A DNA stretch of 64,000 nt, taken from assembly GCA_002633005.1 (NCBI GenBank), contig NMRA01000005.1, forward strand, positions 65,413 through 129,412, read 5' to 3'. Of the stretch, positions 1-11,543 are shown piece by piece (within the stretch, counting starts at the first letter, position 1; each line of letters starts with the position of its first letter). Both the position numbers and the translations under genes were made by a program. The DNA comes from Phoronis australis (taxonomy: Eukaryota > Animalia > Phoronida). The notes below the pieces were generated by a model. The model was not told the DNA's origin and made no database searches. It worked only from the letters and a program-made list of their open reading frames with translations.

Positions 1-344
1 TCCCGTCGGAAGAAAATTTAAATTCGAAAACATCTTCTGAAAACGCACAAAAAAGTGTATTAGTAAAATCTACTGATTTTTAAGTGGTTTTAAAAAACAA
101 TCGGTAAACTCACCGATTTTTGTCTCATTACTTTGATACGTGTCTCTTCCGATAAGTTAGTACCTAACGTGCAGACGAGAACTCCAAATTGGAACGCTAA
201 GTCCCGCGTGGTTGCGCTGCACGCGAAACAAGATGGCGGACGAACTTTGGAGCCTGACGAAAATAGGTAACCGGACGATAATAGTTTAGCACCTTTTTTA
301 CACTGCAGTTTTTGATTTTCCCTAATAATAGGTTAGTACCTTTT

Positions 345-1577
345 TATGCGCCCACATATTTATATGTGGACACATTATGCCGTCATCTCCGTCCGTCAGT
401 CCGTCCGTACGGGTGGCGTCCGGTGCTCTATCTCCAAAACCCTTTGACATATGTTCATGAAATTTGGCACATATGTTCCATTCATGAATGGGACGGCATG
501 TGCGAACTGTCGGACGGATCTGACTACCGGTGTGCGCCCTAGTGGCAATTTTAGTTTTTTACGCTTACCTTTGTATCTTCAAAAGTCCTGAACGGATTTT
601 CATGAAATTTGGTATGTAGGCACCTATTAGTGAGATGACGCTATCCTGCCGTTTTCAGATGGGTTCGACATAGTTTGCGCCACCTAGTGGCCATTTTTAG
701 TGTTTTCGAGTCGGTTTTTGTGCGTCCACCCCTCTATCAACCAAACTGCTCAAAGGATGATTGTGAAAATTGGCATGCATATGCTTACTATGTAGAGGAC
801 GGTTGACGATGATTTTCAGACAGTTTGCACTACTGTGGCGCCTCCTAGTGGCAGTTTTGTTTTTTTTGCGCCTATGGCTGTATCTCCTAAACCGTTCGCA
901 GGATCTTTACGAAATTTAATAAGTGTATTTATATTATGTTAACAACAGACGATAACGACTTTTGGACGGATCCGCTGACCAGTGTGCCCCCTAGTGGCAA
1001 TTTTATTTTTTTACGTTTACCTCTGTATCTTCACAAGTCCTTAACGGATATTCATGAAATTTGGTATGTAGGCTTCTATTAGTGCGATGACGCTATCCTC
1101 CCGTTTTCGGATGGATTCGACCTAGTTTGCGACACCCAGTGTCCATTTTTACTGTTTTTGAGTCTGGTATGCCTCTAGTGGCAATTTTAGTATTTTACAT
1201 TGACCTCTGTATTTTCATAGGTCTTCAGGTGTATACTTTGTGTTACTTCGTGACTATGAAGGAAAAGTTCCAAGTAGAAATTTGCTTCTGGCATTCTAAT
1301 GCTGTGCTAATCACGTATGTTGGTAAATTTGTTTTTAATTCTATGTTTCTGTGGTGCTTTAATCAACTGATGTATAGGATGTGCTTGTATTATGAAAATC
1401 ACTCACATTTTGCCCCTAGCCTATTGAGACAATGACCATGCCTTTCCATTTTGCAAAGTACAACATACTACATATATGCCCTGTACTGCCCACTTTATGG
1501 TACCAATAAGCAACCTTAGAAGGATACCGTATGCGGTGCAATTGTGGGCGCATTTCAATGCTCTGCGTTGCTCTTGT
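345..1577 (+). mobile_element. Helentron-associated (HINE/DINE-1-like) non-autonomous element, family 1, copy 1
   Basis: 5' sub-terminal ATGCGCCCACA plus a short inverted copy, a CGTC microsatellite, internal ~150-bp subunits, 3' TGTGGGCGCAT (1543-1553) and a small stem-loop. Inserted into a T run of a ~47-bp flanking repeat with no target duplication. Confidence 0.75.
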
Positions 1578-3415
1578 TTAAACTGCAGTTGTCGATTTTT
1601 CCTTATAATAGTTTAGCACCTTTTTCACACTGCAGTTGTTGATTTTCCCTAATAATAGTATGGCACTAAGCAATTAGAGAATGTGTAAAATTTGGAATAT
1701 TCCTAAGGTTACTTTTAAACCCTGAAATTGAAAGTTAAACTATTGTCCGGGGTTTTAAAGTAGGGCTACACATACTGCCAATTTTCAGTCATTAGCCGGA
1801 CTTAGTACTCCCTAATCAACCATCGACAATTTTTTAGGCTGGGGTAATTTAGATGGTTTCTTTGTAGCTGTGCACGAAAGTAGAATCACCGCTTGTGGAA
1901 TAAGAAGCTAATTTAAAAGACATTTGACGCGTCCACATGTGTGCACACAAAAAGGAAATGATCCAAAGATCTGGACATTTTCTAAATGACTAATTACACC
2001 GACAGTCAAATAGTTTCAATGAGTCAAAAGATTGCTACCGAATAATGACAAAGGACTTTAGATAGAATATGGATCCCTCACAGTCAGGGACTCATCTAGC
2101 GGCCATCCTTGGCACGGCCCTTTTAAAAAAATGACGGCTTTGGACGGCACGGCCAAGACGGAAAAAAGACGACCTGTTCCCAGACAACCTTGGCGAAAAT
2201 GAAGGCTAAACGAAGAATTTTAACAGTTATTATTAATAAATTTTATTGAAACCTACAATTCATTGTTTAAATTCGCTAAATATTAAAAAATAACTCGACA
2301 TTAAAAACTTTTGCCGTCTATTTTTGCTATAAATGTCACGATGACGATTGGCAAATACTGGCAGCCATCTTTAATTGGGGAATGCCTTCCTGTTCTGTGA
2401 CGTCAAGGTGACTTCATACGGAATCCCCCGCACAACTAGTGTTGAGAAATATTGCATCCAGCGCTAACTACCCGTACATGGACACTTAATCTTTGAAATT
2501 GAAGAACCCACATCCGAAGTTCAAAGGATTTGCCGAAACCCTAATGCTAGCTGCTGACGCGGAAGTTGAAGCGGCACTCGATGTATTCGACAGAGCAGCC
2601 AATTTGAAATAGCCGAGAACGTACACTTCGAAAAAAAATGATACCCGCCAAAATCCTAGCACCGACCTGCCCTACAAATGCCAGTCACTGTCGTTGAACA
2701 TGCAAACCAGATAAAACTTTGCGCAAACTTCCTTAATTTGTTCGCATAGTTCCGTTGCAACTCGAACGAATGAATGAAAAAATATCAAAAAATCCGCACG
2801 GCTGAACGACGTATATTGATGCACGAGAATGCAGTGCAAACTTTATGAGAAAAAAATGTGGTGTGTAATGTTGGTTACGTATTCAATGACTAACTTAGCA
2901 TGAAAGTAAATGCCTCGAAATAGTTCAACTTTTTGAGGAATTCCATGATTATTGGGCGATTCGAGTTAAAACCTCTGAGTGTGGCACTGCGTGCAGTATA
3001 TGGAAAAAAGTAGGTCAGCCAGTCGCTTGCACAGCACCTGTTACTTAGGCCGTGAACCAGGCCGGGGGATTTGGCTCTTAAACTGCGGGAGAAAAGAATG
3101 GTTCTTCTTAAGAATAAATTTCTTGTAGCGTGCTATGAAAGACTGTGATTGACTTTCGACCTGGTAAGTTTCAATTCAACAAAGCATCCACATATAATGC
3201 ACTGCAGAAGACATTAACAACTACGATGTCCCCGGCGACCACGTAGCCACATGACGTGAAATTTACGAGCGCTCGGAAAATTGTTTAGAACGTAAAAATA
3301 TGAATGCCGAATTCAAACACGGAGTTTCAACGTTTTTTTTGGTCACGATCCTTTACGAAGCCAAGTCCGGGTATACACGCGCAAGTGCACATGCGCCGTC
3401 ACTCCTATTTTCCAG

Positions 3416-3476
3416 CGGAGATTTTCGTCCGTGTTGAGCACTGGTGATACTGAGTTGTCAATTTGTTGAGGATATG
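3416..3476 (+). CDS. Candidate first coding exon of ACADSB-like gene (5' UTR plus ATG only)
   Basis: Pyrimidine-rich acceptor ctcctattttccag ends at 3415; ATG at 3474-3476 is followed directly by GTATTG. Phase 0 matches the phase-0 acceptor at 14785. A strong donor CTG|GTAAGT at 3164 could end an upstream UTR exon. Not proven. Confidence 0.3.
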
Positions 3477-3594
3477 GTATTGTTGTTGTAGACTCGTAAA
3501 TTGCAGTACTGTGTGATGTAATGAAACGTAGACATGTACTCTAGGATGTATTTCATCATGTCCTTTCGAATGGAACTTCATTGTCTGCTCATAA

Positions 3595-4311
3595 TTACTT
3601 GGCGTTGCTCTTCCACTAAGTTTGTTTTTTTTTTGTTTGTTCGCACGATACAGGTCGCAATTTTCATCCGATCATCACGAAATTTACACATAACACGTAT
3701 TTCCGGAAGTACTGGAAGCCTATTGTTTTTCGTCAAAATCGGATCCAAGATGGCGGCTGTGGCGGCCATTTTGTTTCCATTTAAAGGTTCAAATGCTTCT
3801 GGAGGCTACAATTTTTTACGTAAAAGACTAAGAATCGGCACAGTACATGGACCGGAAGTTTGCTACAAGTATGCCGGAAATTGTTTACTTCCGGTTAAAG
3901 ATGGCGGAAATATCGGCGATCGCGCATGCGCACCTCGATTTTGGCCTAAAAACGTTTTCTCCTCTAGAGGGCGCATTATCAGACCAATTCCTTCGAACTT
4001 TAACAGGTATTAGTTTCTTATGACATGCTATTATACAAAACCAAAAAAGTTGCTTTCAAGATGGCGGATCTGGCGCATGTTGACCCATTTTCAGTCGTGC
4101 TGGAGTGCGATTTTAAACGGGAAGAGAAAAAGAAGTGATTTTTTGCATGTGTATTCTTTGAAGTATATTCTTTCAAATGGCCAGTAACAATTTTTTTCTC
4201 AGACTTACCGTTTTCGAGTTATTTGACTTTGAATTTCTTAAAAAAACTCAAAATTTCATTTTTACTTGGCGAAATAAATTTCGCCAAGTATGTTGCTCTT
4301 CCACTAAGTTT

Positions 4312-4354
<43 letters not shown>

Positions 4355-5918
4355 NTTTGAGTTATTTGAGATTTTCTGATAACGCTGTTCCTTTGTTGAG
4401 CGCTCTGGCTGCATGGATGTTGGTTTACCTTCTATGAACTAGACTGTAGCCCATTTCTTATTGATTTATGACATCTAAGTTCATCATATGAATGTTGAGA
4501 TGTTGTTCATCATCGCCACCACCATCATCATATTCGTCATCATCGTCATCATCTTCGTCATCATCTCCGTCGTTGTCTTTTCCGTTAATTTCGCCAAGTG
4601 TCGCTCAAGACTGTAGCCTTTTTCTTACTGATTTCGGACTTCTACGTTCGTCATGTGTATTTTATTATTACTTCTTTTGTTCATTCTCGCCACCATCGTC
4701 GTCATATTCGTCATCTTCATCATCATCTCTATCGTCATCTTTTTGGTTAATTTCGCCAAGTTTCGCTCCTCGGAGCGCTTTCATTTTTTTTGTTTGTTCG
4801 CTCTCTACAGGTCGCAATTTTCGTCCGATTTTCACAAAATTTGCACACAACGTGTAGATCGGGAACTGCTAGAACGCTAATGTTTTTGGTCATGATCGAA
4901 TACAAAATGGCGGACGTGGCGGCCATTTTGTATCCGACTTCACAGTCAAATACTCGTAGAGGCCGCATTTTTCGACCTACATGGCTGAAAATCGGTACGA
5001 ATATACTACAACGCATGTGCTACAATTGCGCAGAAAATCGTTGACTTCCAGTTAAAGATGGCGGAAATATTGGACGTGGCGCATGCGCACCCCGAAATAT
5101 GGCCAAAATCGTTTTCTCCTGTAGAGGGCGTATTTGCAAATCAATTACTTTCAAACTGGTCACGTGTTTGTTTAGTTTAATAAGCTTTTATAAAAAATTA
5201 TTGAACCGGAAATCACTTTCAAGATGGCGGCTGTGGCGCATGTTCACACGGTTTCAATCGCTCCGGTGTCGCATTTTTTATGGGAAGAGCAAATGACGTA
5301 AATTTTTGCATGTGGATTCCTTGAGGTATGGCCTTTCAAAAAGTCTGCGAGAGCGTATTTCTCAGACTTACCGTTTTCGAGTTATTTGACTTAGAATTTC
5401 AAAAAAACGGCAAATTTTCAATTTTCTCGAAAAATTTTTGGATTCTTGCCAAACTACCACTTTAGATAGAGTTTTGAACGGGCTTTCAGGAGATATTTTC
5501 CATTTTGCGCTACGACGTCTACTTTTTGAATTATTCGAGATTTTCGGATACCATTGTTCCTTCGGTCACACGCAGCTGGCTGGCTTTCAGCTCACTTTGT
5601 TTTGGTTATGCCTAGTTGACCCAGACTGACCCAGCCAGCACTGTCCTACTGCAGACTGGACCGTCATGTTGTGCCATCTATTGTTCTTTATTGTAGTTGA
5701 TTGTATGCTCTCTATTTGATTTCTTCGCTAGTCACATGAGTGTTATCGTGTTTGCCAAAGTACCACTTTAGATAGAGTTTTGAATGGGCTTTCATTCTTT
5801 ATTGTAGTTGATTGTATGCTCTCTATTTGATTTCTTCGCTAGTCACATGAATGATATCGTGTTCGTCGTCTTTTCGATTAATTCCGCCAAGTGTCGCTCC
5901 TCCGACCGCTCTCGTTTT
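3595..5918 (+). mobile_element. HINE-like element family 2, tandem/nested copies
   Basis: Sub-terminal ACTTGGCGAAA...TTTCGCCAAGT hairpin at 4264-4289; 3' ends CGCCAAGT followed by a CGCTCC..GGAGCG-type stem-loop near 4590, 4752 and 5885; 3620-4260 is similar to 4785-5425; local duplications at 5448/5753 and 5684/5795. Confidence 0.6.
4313..4745. repeat. Low-complexity poly-T and (TCA/TCG)n tracts
   Basis: T run of about 40 nt containing an N; TCATCATCG-type repeats at 4507-4565 and 4690-4740. Confidence 0.85.
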
Positions 5919-7751
5919 AAATGGTTTATCAACTGCATTGTAGTTGGGTATTACACTTCTCTTTTGAGAGCTTCAAGATAAATTGAGTCCTGTACTCATA
6001 CTGTGGATTATCTGTCTAACGTGCAACTCTAAACAGATTATCTTACTAAAAAGATGTACAGATCTTGATTTTTGCAGTCTAGTGACAATATACACACATC
6101 CTGAATGAAACAAACCTCTTAATTTTTGTTTCGTTTCCCTATGTGCCGTCCTTTGAACAAGAAAAAGACATGCAAACAGTGTGCTAAATAAAATGCAAGG
6201 AAATGACCCTTTTTATGGAAAAATTTTTTTCCTCAGCGGGTGGGGGAATCCCCCCTCCCCAAACCTTCCCCCCCCATCAGCGCTGCGCGCCTCAGATTTG
6301 CGCTTTGCACGATTTGTCAGTCTCACGAATTTGGACCCCCAATTTTCAAATCCTAGATGTGTCCCTGCTCACAGTTTTTATAACGAATTTAGTCGGGCAT
6401 TCATCCAAAATTGTACGTCTTAATGTATTAATGGAACCATTGGTGGCATGTATCGGCATTTCGTTAAAATTCCAGGTGCAATGACATTTACAAAAAAATG
6501 TTATCAATCGTTATTCCAACTACCTGTCTGAAAGTTACAGATAAGGGTTTTCTGATTGATAAGAAATGGGTAAACATCTATTGTCTAGCTTTGAAATATT
6601 TGAACAGTTTTATGATTGTTATGTTACAAAAGAAAGTGGACTCTAGAAAAGAACATTATTCATCACAAAATGACAATATTTGGAACACATGTTCATAGTT
6701 GTCACCATTTAAGAGTGAAAGAAACGGGACGACTGGTCTGAAAAGGGGGACATATGGATAAAAAGCTGGCCACCTGTGTCTCTGCTAAAATAACACATAG
6801 GTGAAATGTTTGCTGCAACACCCAAAAATGTCCCACAGCGTTGTTTGTCAAAAGGGAGATCGTAAGTGCCATAACATTCAAAAGCGGGTAACAGTGTTTT
6901 TGTTTTTTAGTCAAACAAGAAATTGTGGGTGCTACAAAAACCCATGAAGTTCCTGTTTTTTTTCATTTAGTGTAATGGGAAAATAGGTCAATGCCAAGTG
7001 GGAAATCACGGTGGCATATGATATCATGTCAACCAGGTAACTAAATACTTCCTGGCATTTATACGGTACTTTAATTGTCTGCCCAGTCCTCTGAAAACCA
7101 GACAATTTTGTCAGCCATATATTGGTTTGTGGGCAATTCCATTTGTGATGCACATACAATCACAGAACATTTTGATTAATTGTGAAAAAATGTTTAAATC
7201 AAGAAAAATAATACACCATTTTATAGGTCTCTTTGAAATGTTTAATTGTATGTATCAAATTTTGTCCAATCACGTTGCATTGCAGAGAAAAATGCCATCA
7301 AAGGGGTGTGACGGACATACGCAGAGAATTTGATTTTTTTGAAATTTTAATTTTCCTTGCAATTTTCTGTGAATTGTGTTATGTTATTACATTTTGATTG
7401 GTATGGTGATGTAGTGGAATGTTTACCATTTAAAACACACCAAAATTTTGAGGATATCTTTATTAATTTTCCAGTCAGCTTAATTACTGTGAGATGAGTA
7501 ACTGTGACGGACGTACGTGATTGATGTACCGTGTGAATTCTTAGCAGTAAACGTTACATTATTGCAAAATTATTAAGCCACAGCCTTCCTAGTGGTGATT
7601 TAGTCAATTACTTATATAAAACAAAGTCTTTTATGTTAAAAAACTTAAAATTATTAATAATACACTTAAGCTAACACCTGTTTTAGCTCCAGGTTAATTT
7701 AACCTTTAGTTAGTACTTTTACAATAGTTTTTTACCTTATCTACTTACACA

Positions 7752-8133
7752 TATACAACACATAGAAGGAACCAATGACCACTGCCATTGGGATTACATG
7801 TCACAAAAAGCATTTATTTCAAATTTCCATGGAGTTCTTCAGCTAGCTCACTGGTTTTCTCAAAATGTTTCCAAGTAAATAAAGCAATGTTACAGTTTTC
7901 TGCAATTATCCTGAGATACTCATCAAGAACAAAATTTGACAACCACTTCCCCTGTGGTGTGTTGCCATCCCCAGTTACTTCCTTCAGATCAGCATGCATG
8001 GTTAATTAGCTTAGCTCCACCAAGGGGGGACAACACCATCAATGATAGCAGAAACCAACTCCTTCTGATGTTCAGCCAGTTTAAACGGCATTTGTGGTTT
8101 AATCTTATCAATGACAACATTTGGTATAGCCAT
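7752..8133 (-). pseudogene. Ulp1/SENP (peptidase C48)-like protease fragment inside the Sola2-like element
   Basis: DLKEV...KWLSNFVLDEYLRII...*MLFVTCNPNGSGHWFLLCVVY resembles the Ulp1 WLxDxxIxxY motif and the catalytic-His HWxL motif; the Asp and Cys motifs are not seen. Confidence 0.6.
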
Positions 8134-8593
8134 GATTAACTATAGCATCCTTTTGTATTTCGGAACACTTCGTGAAAAGACTCATCCATTGCATCTTCAC
8201 GTAATTCTCGTATTTGTACAAGGTTGTACTCTGGGGAATCAGACGTGTCAGCTACGAGGACATGACAGGGTTCAGATGCACTAACAAAGTGCGTCTTCTG
8301 AGTGTGAGGAACTGCTAGTACACCTTCCAGGACTTCATAAGCATTTGATATACATCTTGAATTACACTGTCCCCGATAAATTGAATATTTATTCCTGGAT
8401 TTCTCTCTCTCGCTATGTCTGCATGCTGCTTTGGATCTTTTACAGTACTTTTACCAGTTTTGATCGCCCTCCAAACACGTACCAGGTTTGTTCAGTTCTC
8501 TTCACTTTTTTAACGCTTGCACCTTTTTCTCAGATGATAATCCTATCTTTTCTTCCATGGGCTTGCCATGAGATATCATTCCTTAAATAGAAC

Positions 8594-11247
8594 CAATGAG
8601 TAGTAGTAGTATAGTCCGCCATTTTGCCATTCGCCGCAATGGTTACTGGTCGAAACACTAGTGCCCCAAGTGGTGAATAATCAACACTTACTTAGGAGCG
8701 CAGTCCGAACAATGTAAACACTTATAAATTCATACTTTAATGACGTTCGATGAGCAATAAAATTACTGTGTGATTGAAAATGATTGAAATACGCAAACTA
8801 ACATCTATTTATAATCGAATGAGAATGAAAATGTGTGTTTTAATCAATATTAAAGTGTATTTGTTTTTATTCTCTTAAAGCTCCCTTCAAAAACCGTCAT
8901 GATTTTGTTTCATGTTTGAGTTCCTAACAAGGCAAATTATCGTTCCTTATAACACTTCATGCCTCCATGGACTACATAATTTGAATGAATGCTCCTGGGG
9001 GCTCAGAGGGGAATTGCCCCCAGGTGCCAACAAAGGGGGTACCAGGCATAAACTAGGTGGGCGCCAAATGGGTGTTGACCCCCTCCCAGGGGAGCAGTGC
9101 TAAACAGATAAAAACCAATGGGGTATGCCACATGAGTATTGAGCCCACTCCAATCATCACAAATTTTGTTTGCTCCCCTGACCATTGACAACATGTTGCT
9201 CCCAGCTCACTGCTGGTTTCATCTCCACCCAACAATTTCGCATGTGTTCCCTATCCAATGCACCAGGATACTAGGAATGCCAACAATTATTTGGTGCACA
9301 AGTAAGAAGAAGAAAGTAAGGCAATTCATCACTACCACAAAATTGTAATCTATTCTGATGCACTCTCACATATAATTTTAGAACATTCCATTATTTCTTA
9401 AACAATGCAATACAGGGTAAATTTCCCACTCTCCCACTATAATCACCAATAGTTACAAGTCAGTTGCTAAGCTGTAGAATTGCACACAACTTACAAAATG
9501 TAGTAACATTGAATAAATTATCACTAGTCAAAGTTCAAAATGTCATGTCAAAAATTTAAGAGGTACTGAACAGCAATCAAAATATTCACTACCCACACAA
9601 CTTCATACAAAACTCGGAATTAAAAAGACTTGGATGATAAGACCAAAATTTAATTTTATAAACCCACTGTTCCTATTCTCAATAACAGTAAAAATTTCAG
9701 GCAAGTTAAAGCCAGACTACAAGATCATATCTGTTACCTAGTCACAACTGGGACTTAATCACAATCTGCAAAAAAAGTGCAAAATAGGCAACACATACAC
9801 CAACCAATGCAACAACAAAATCTGACCAACCTTATCACTCTCTATTAATTCATTAATAATCAACAGCACTTTCCGCCTAAGAAATACGTTATAAATAAAG
9901 CTGAAAACTAATTTACTCACAGAGGTGTTTGTCATCAAGAAGCAAACTGATGAGGATAGCTTGGGTTTATCAAAATTTCAGCCCACCATTCAGACTCTGA
10001 AAGATGCATCAGTTTCACTTTGGCTCTCTCCAAATCACAGGCTAACCATTCATAAAATGTTTCAATCTGATCAACCGTAGTAAAATATAAAAGCCGGATT
10101 TTGACTAATTGTCCTTTCTACACGTGATGTCTCAGGAGACCATGATCAGACATGCAAAAAAGCCTATTCCAGAGCCGTAATATACATAATTTCTGGAGAA
10201 CTTTTTGACATATTCATCTTTGGTGGATTCGGGACATCAAATATTGTTGGCACTGCATTCCATATCAGCTTGTGCTTCATAGACTTCATGTACATGGACT
10301 CCTCGAAGAGACGAGAGCATAACTTGCAGTTCTTGGACAAGTAGGCTGCATCTCTTCATAAGGTCGGCTCCCAGCACTTGCACCTGAACAGAAATCAATG
10401 AGAGACTCATGAACAAACCTCATACTCACCAGGTTCATAGAAGACTGGTAGCCTACACTACACTACACTACACTACACTACAAGAGTCCTGTCGTACTGT
10501 GCTTGCTTGTGATAGAGACAAAACTGTCTTGGTGTTAACTAAAAAAATTAGGACTCAAATGTCGATCCACGGATATTTTAAGGGCCGCATCTCCGCACCA
10601 TTGGCGCATAGAATTAATATTTTCATTGATACACTGCTTAACTTAGATCAACTGAAACATTAAACTTATGTCGATTTTTTCATCTTTTCACCGATACCCA
10701 CAGTTTCTCTAACTTGACTCATGACAGACTTGAGGCCGCCCTGTGGCTGTGATTGCGGCCATGTCACCAGTCATTCACCCATGGCCATGGGTATGTTATC
10801 CTAAAATTCTCTATGCGATCTTTTGGGTGACATTTTGATTTGGAATACATGGACTGCAAAGTATCCAAAAAGCTGACGATCACATCGTTAATCGTAGTCT
10901 TTCCGCCGGCAGCCCGGCTGTGTAGTAGGCCTAGCCTAGAATGCAGACAGCAGTGGGACAGGGACTGCGATGGACTTGTCTTCCAACCGTGAACAAAACA
11001 TACAAAACGAAAGACAATATGAAAAACAGATAATCCTTACCTTTCTGGGTACTTAGGAATCCTAAAAAAGGACACGTCTGGGGTTTTCGTGGATGAATTA
11101 GTGCAATTTATCGCACTGTAAAATGTGTACTTCCCCATTGTTTTGGCGCTTCTTGGTTGACTGTTGCTTGTTCACCACTTGGCGGCGCTAGTAGTAACGG
11201 TAACAGCAAACTCACAAGTGAACTCTCCTATACTTCTACACTACTTG
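8594..11247 (-). mobile_element. P-element-like (THAP) DNA transposon, non-autonomous
   Basis: CA...TG termini with imperfect inverted repeats (CAATGAGTAGTAGTAGTATAG / CTATACTTCTACACTACTTG), 7-bp duplication ATAGAAC at 8587-8593 and 11248-11254, inverted sub-terminal motif near 8657 and 11170, internal THAP pseudogene. Confidence 0.75.
10190..11138 (-). pseudogene. Two-exon THAP zinc-finger pseudogene
   Basis: Exon 11138-11041 MGKYTFYSAINCTNSSTKTPDVSFFRIPKYPER|gtaagg; exon from 10383 CKCWEPTL*RDAAYLSKNCKLCSRLFEESMY...LIWNAVPTIFDVPNPPK (AVPT box). First Cys and the His ligand are substituted; there is an in-frame stop. Confidence 0.8.
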
Positions 11248-11543
11248 ATAGAACTGTATAACCAAGCTTTTAGTTTCTTCACTGATTGCCCTAGCTGTAT
11301 GTTCCATAGCTTTTTTCTTCAAATCCAGTCCTATTTTGCTACCTCTGTTGTTATATACTGTATTCCGTGGTGCATTGCTATCAAACTTTGCTGCTAAATT
11401 ACGATATCTTTAAGAAAAATTGTGCTGAAATCCCAGGGATAAAACTCGCCGACTGCCTGCCTCGCAATCGTTGATATGGTGACTTGAATGCTTGAATAAA
11501 AATACAGTTTCGAGTCGAGCAAATAACCTGAAATCCTCCTTAA

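Larger units (their letters stand above)
8136..11400 (-). pseudogene. Decayed Sola2-like transposase split by a P-like insertion
   Basis: Removing 8594-11254 restores ...ISEETKSLVIQFY|LRNDISWQAHGRKDRIII*EK...KRTEQT; the sequence then jumps to C-terminal VWRAIKTG...NPGINIQFI...VPHTQKTHFV. The catalytic core appears deleted; stops and frameshifts are present. Confidence 0.65.

Noticed and set aside
233-266. ATGGCGGAC...ATAG|GTAACC as ACADSB exon 1
   Set aside because: Phase 1 does not fit the phase-0 acceptor at 14785, and it lies in repeat-like sequence.
345-1577. Repeated CTAGTGGC motif as a CRISPR or other spacer array
   Set aside because: The intervening sequences are homologous every third unit and between copies, so they are tandem subunits rather than unique spacers.
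3534-5629. ORFs of 60-159 aa, including Ser-rich and Asp-rich ones
   Set aside because: They fall within HINE-like repeats and (TCA/TCG)n low-complexity tracts; no protein signature.
10190-11138. Functional host THAP gene (THAP9 or THAP12-like)
   Set aside because: In-frame stop, lost zinc ligands, and enclosure by transposon termini with a target duplication.
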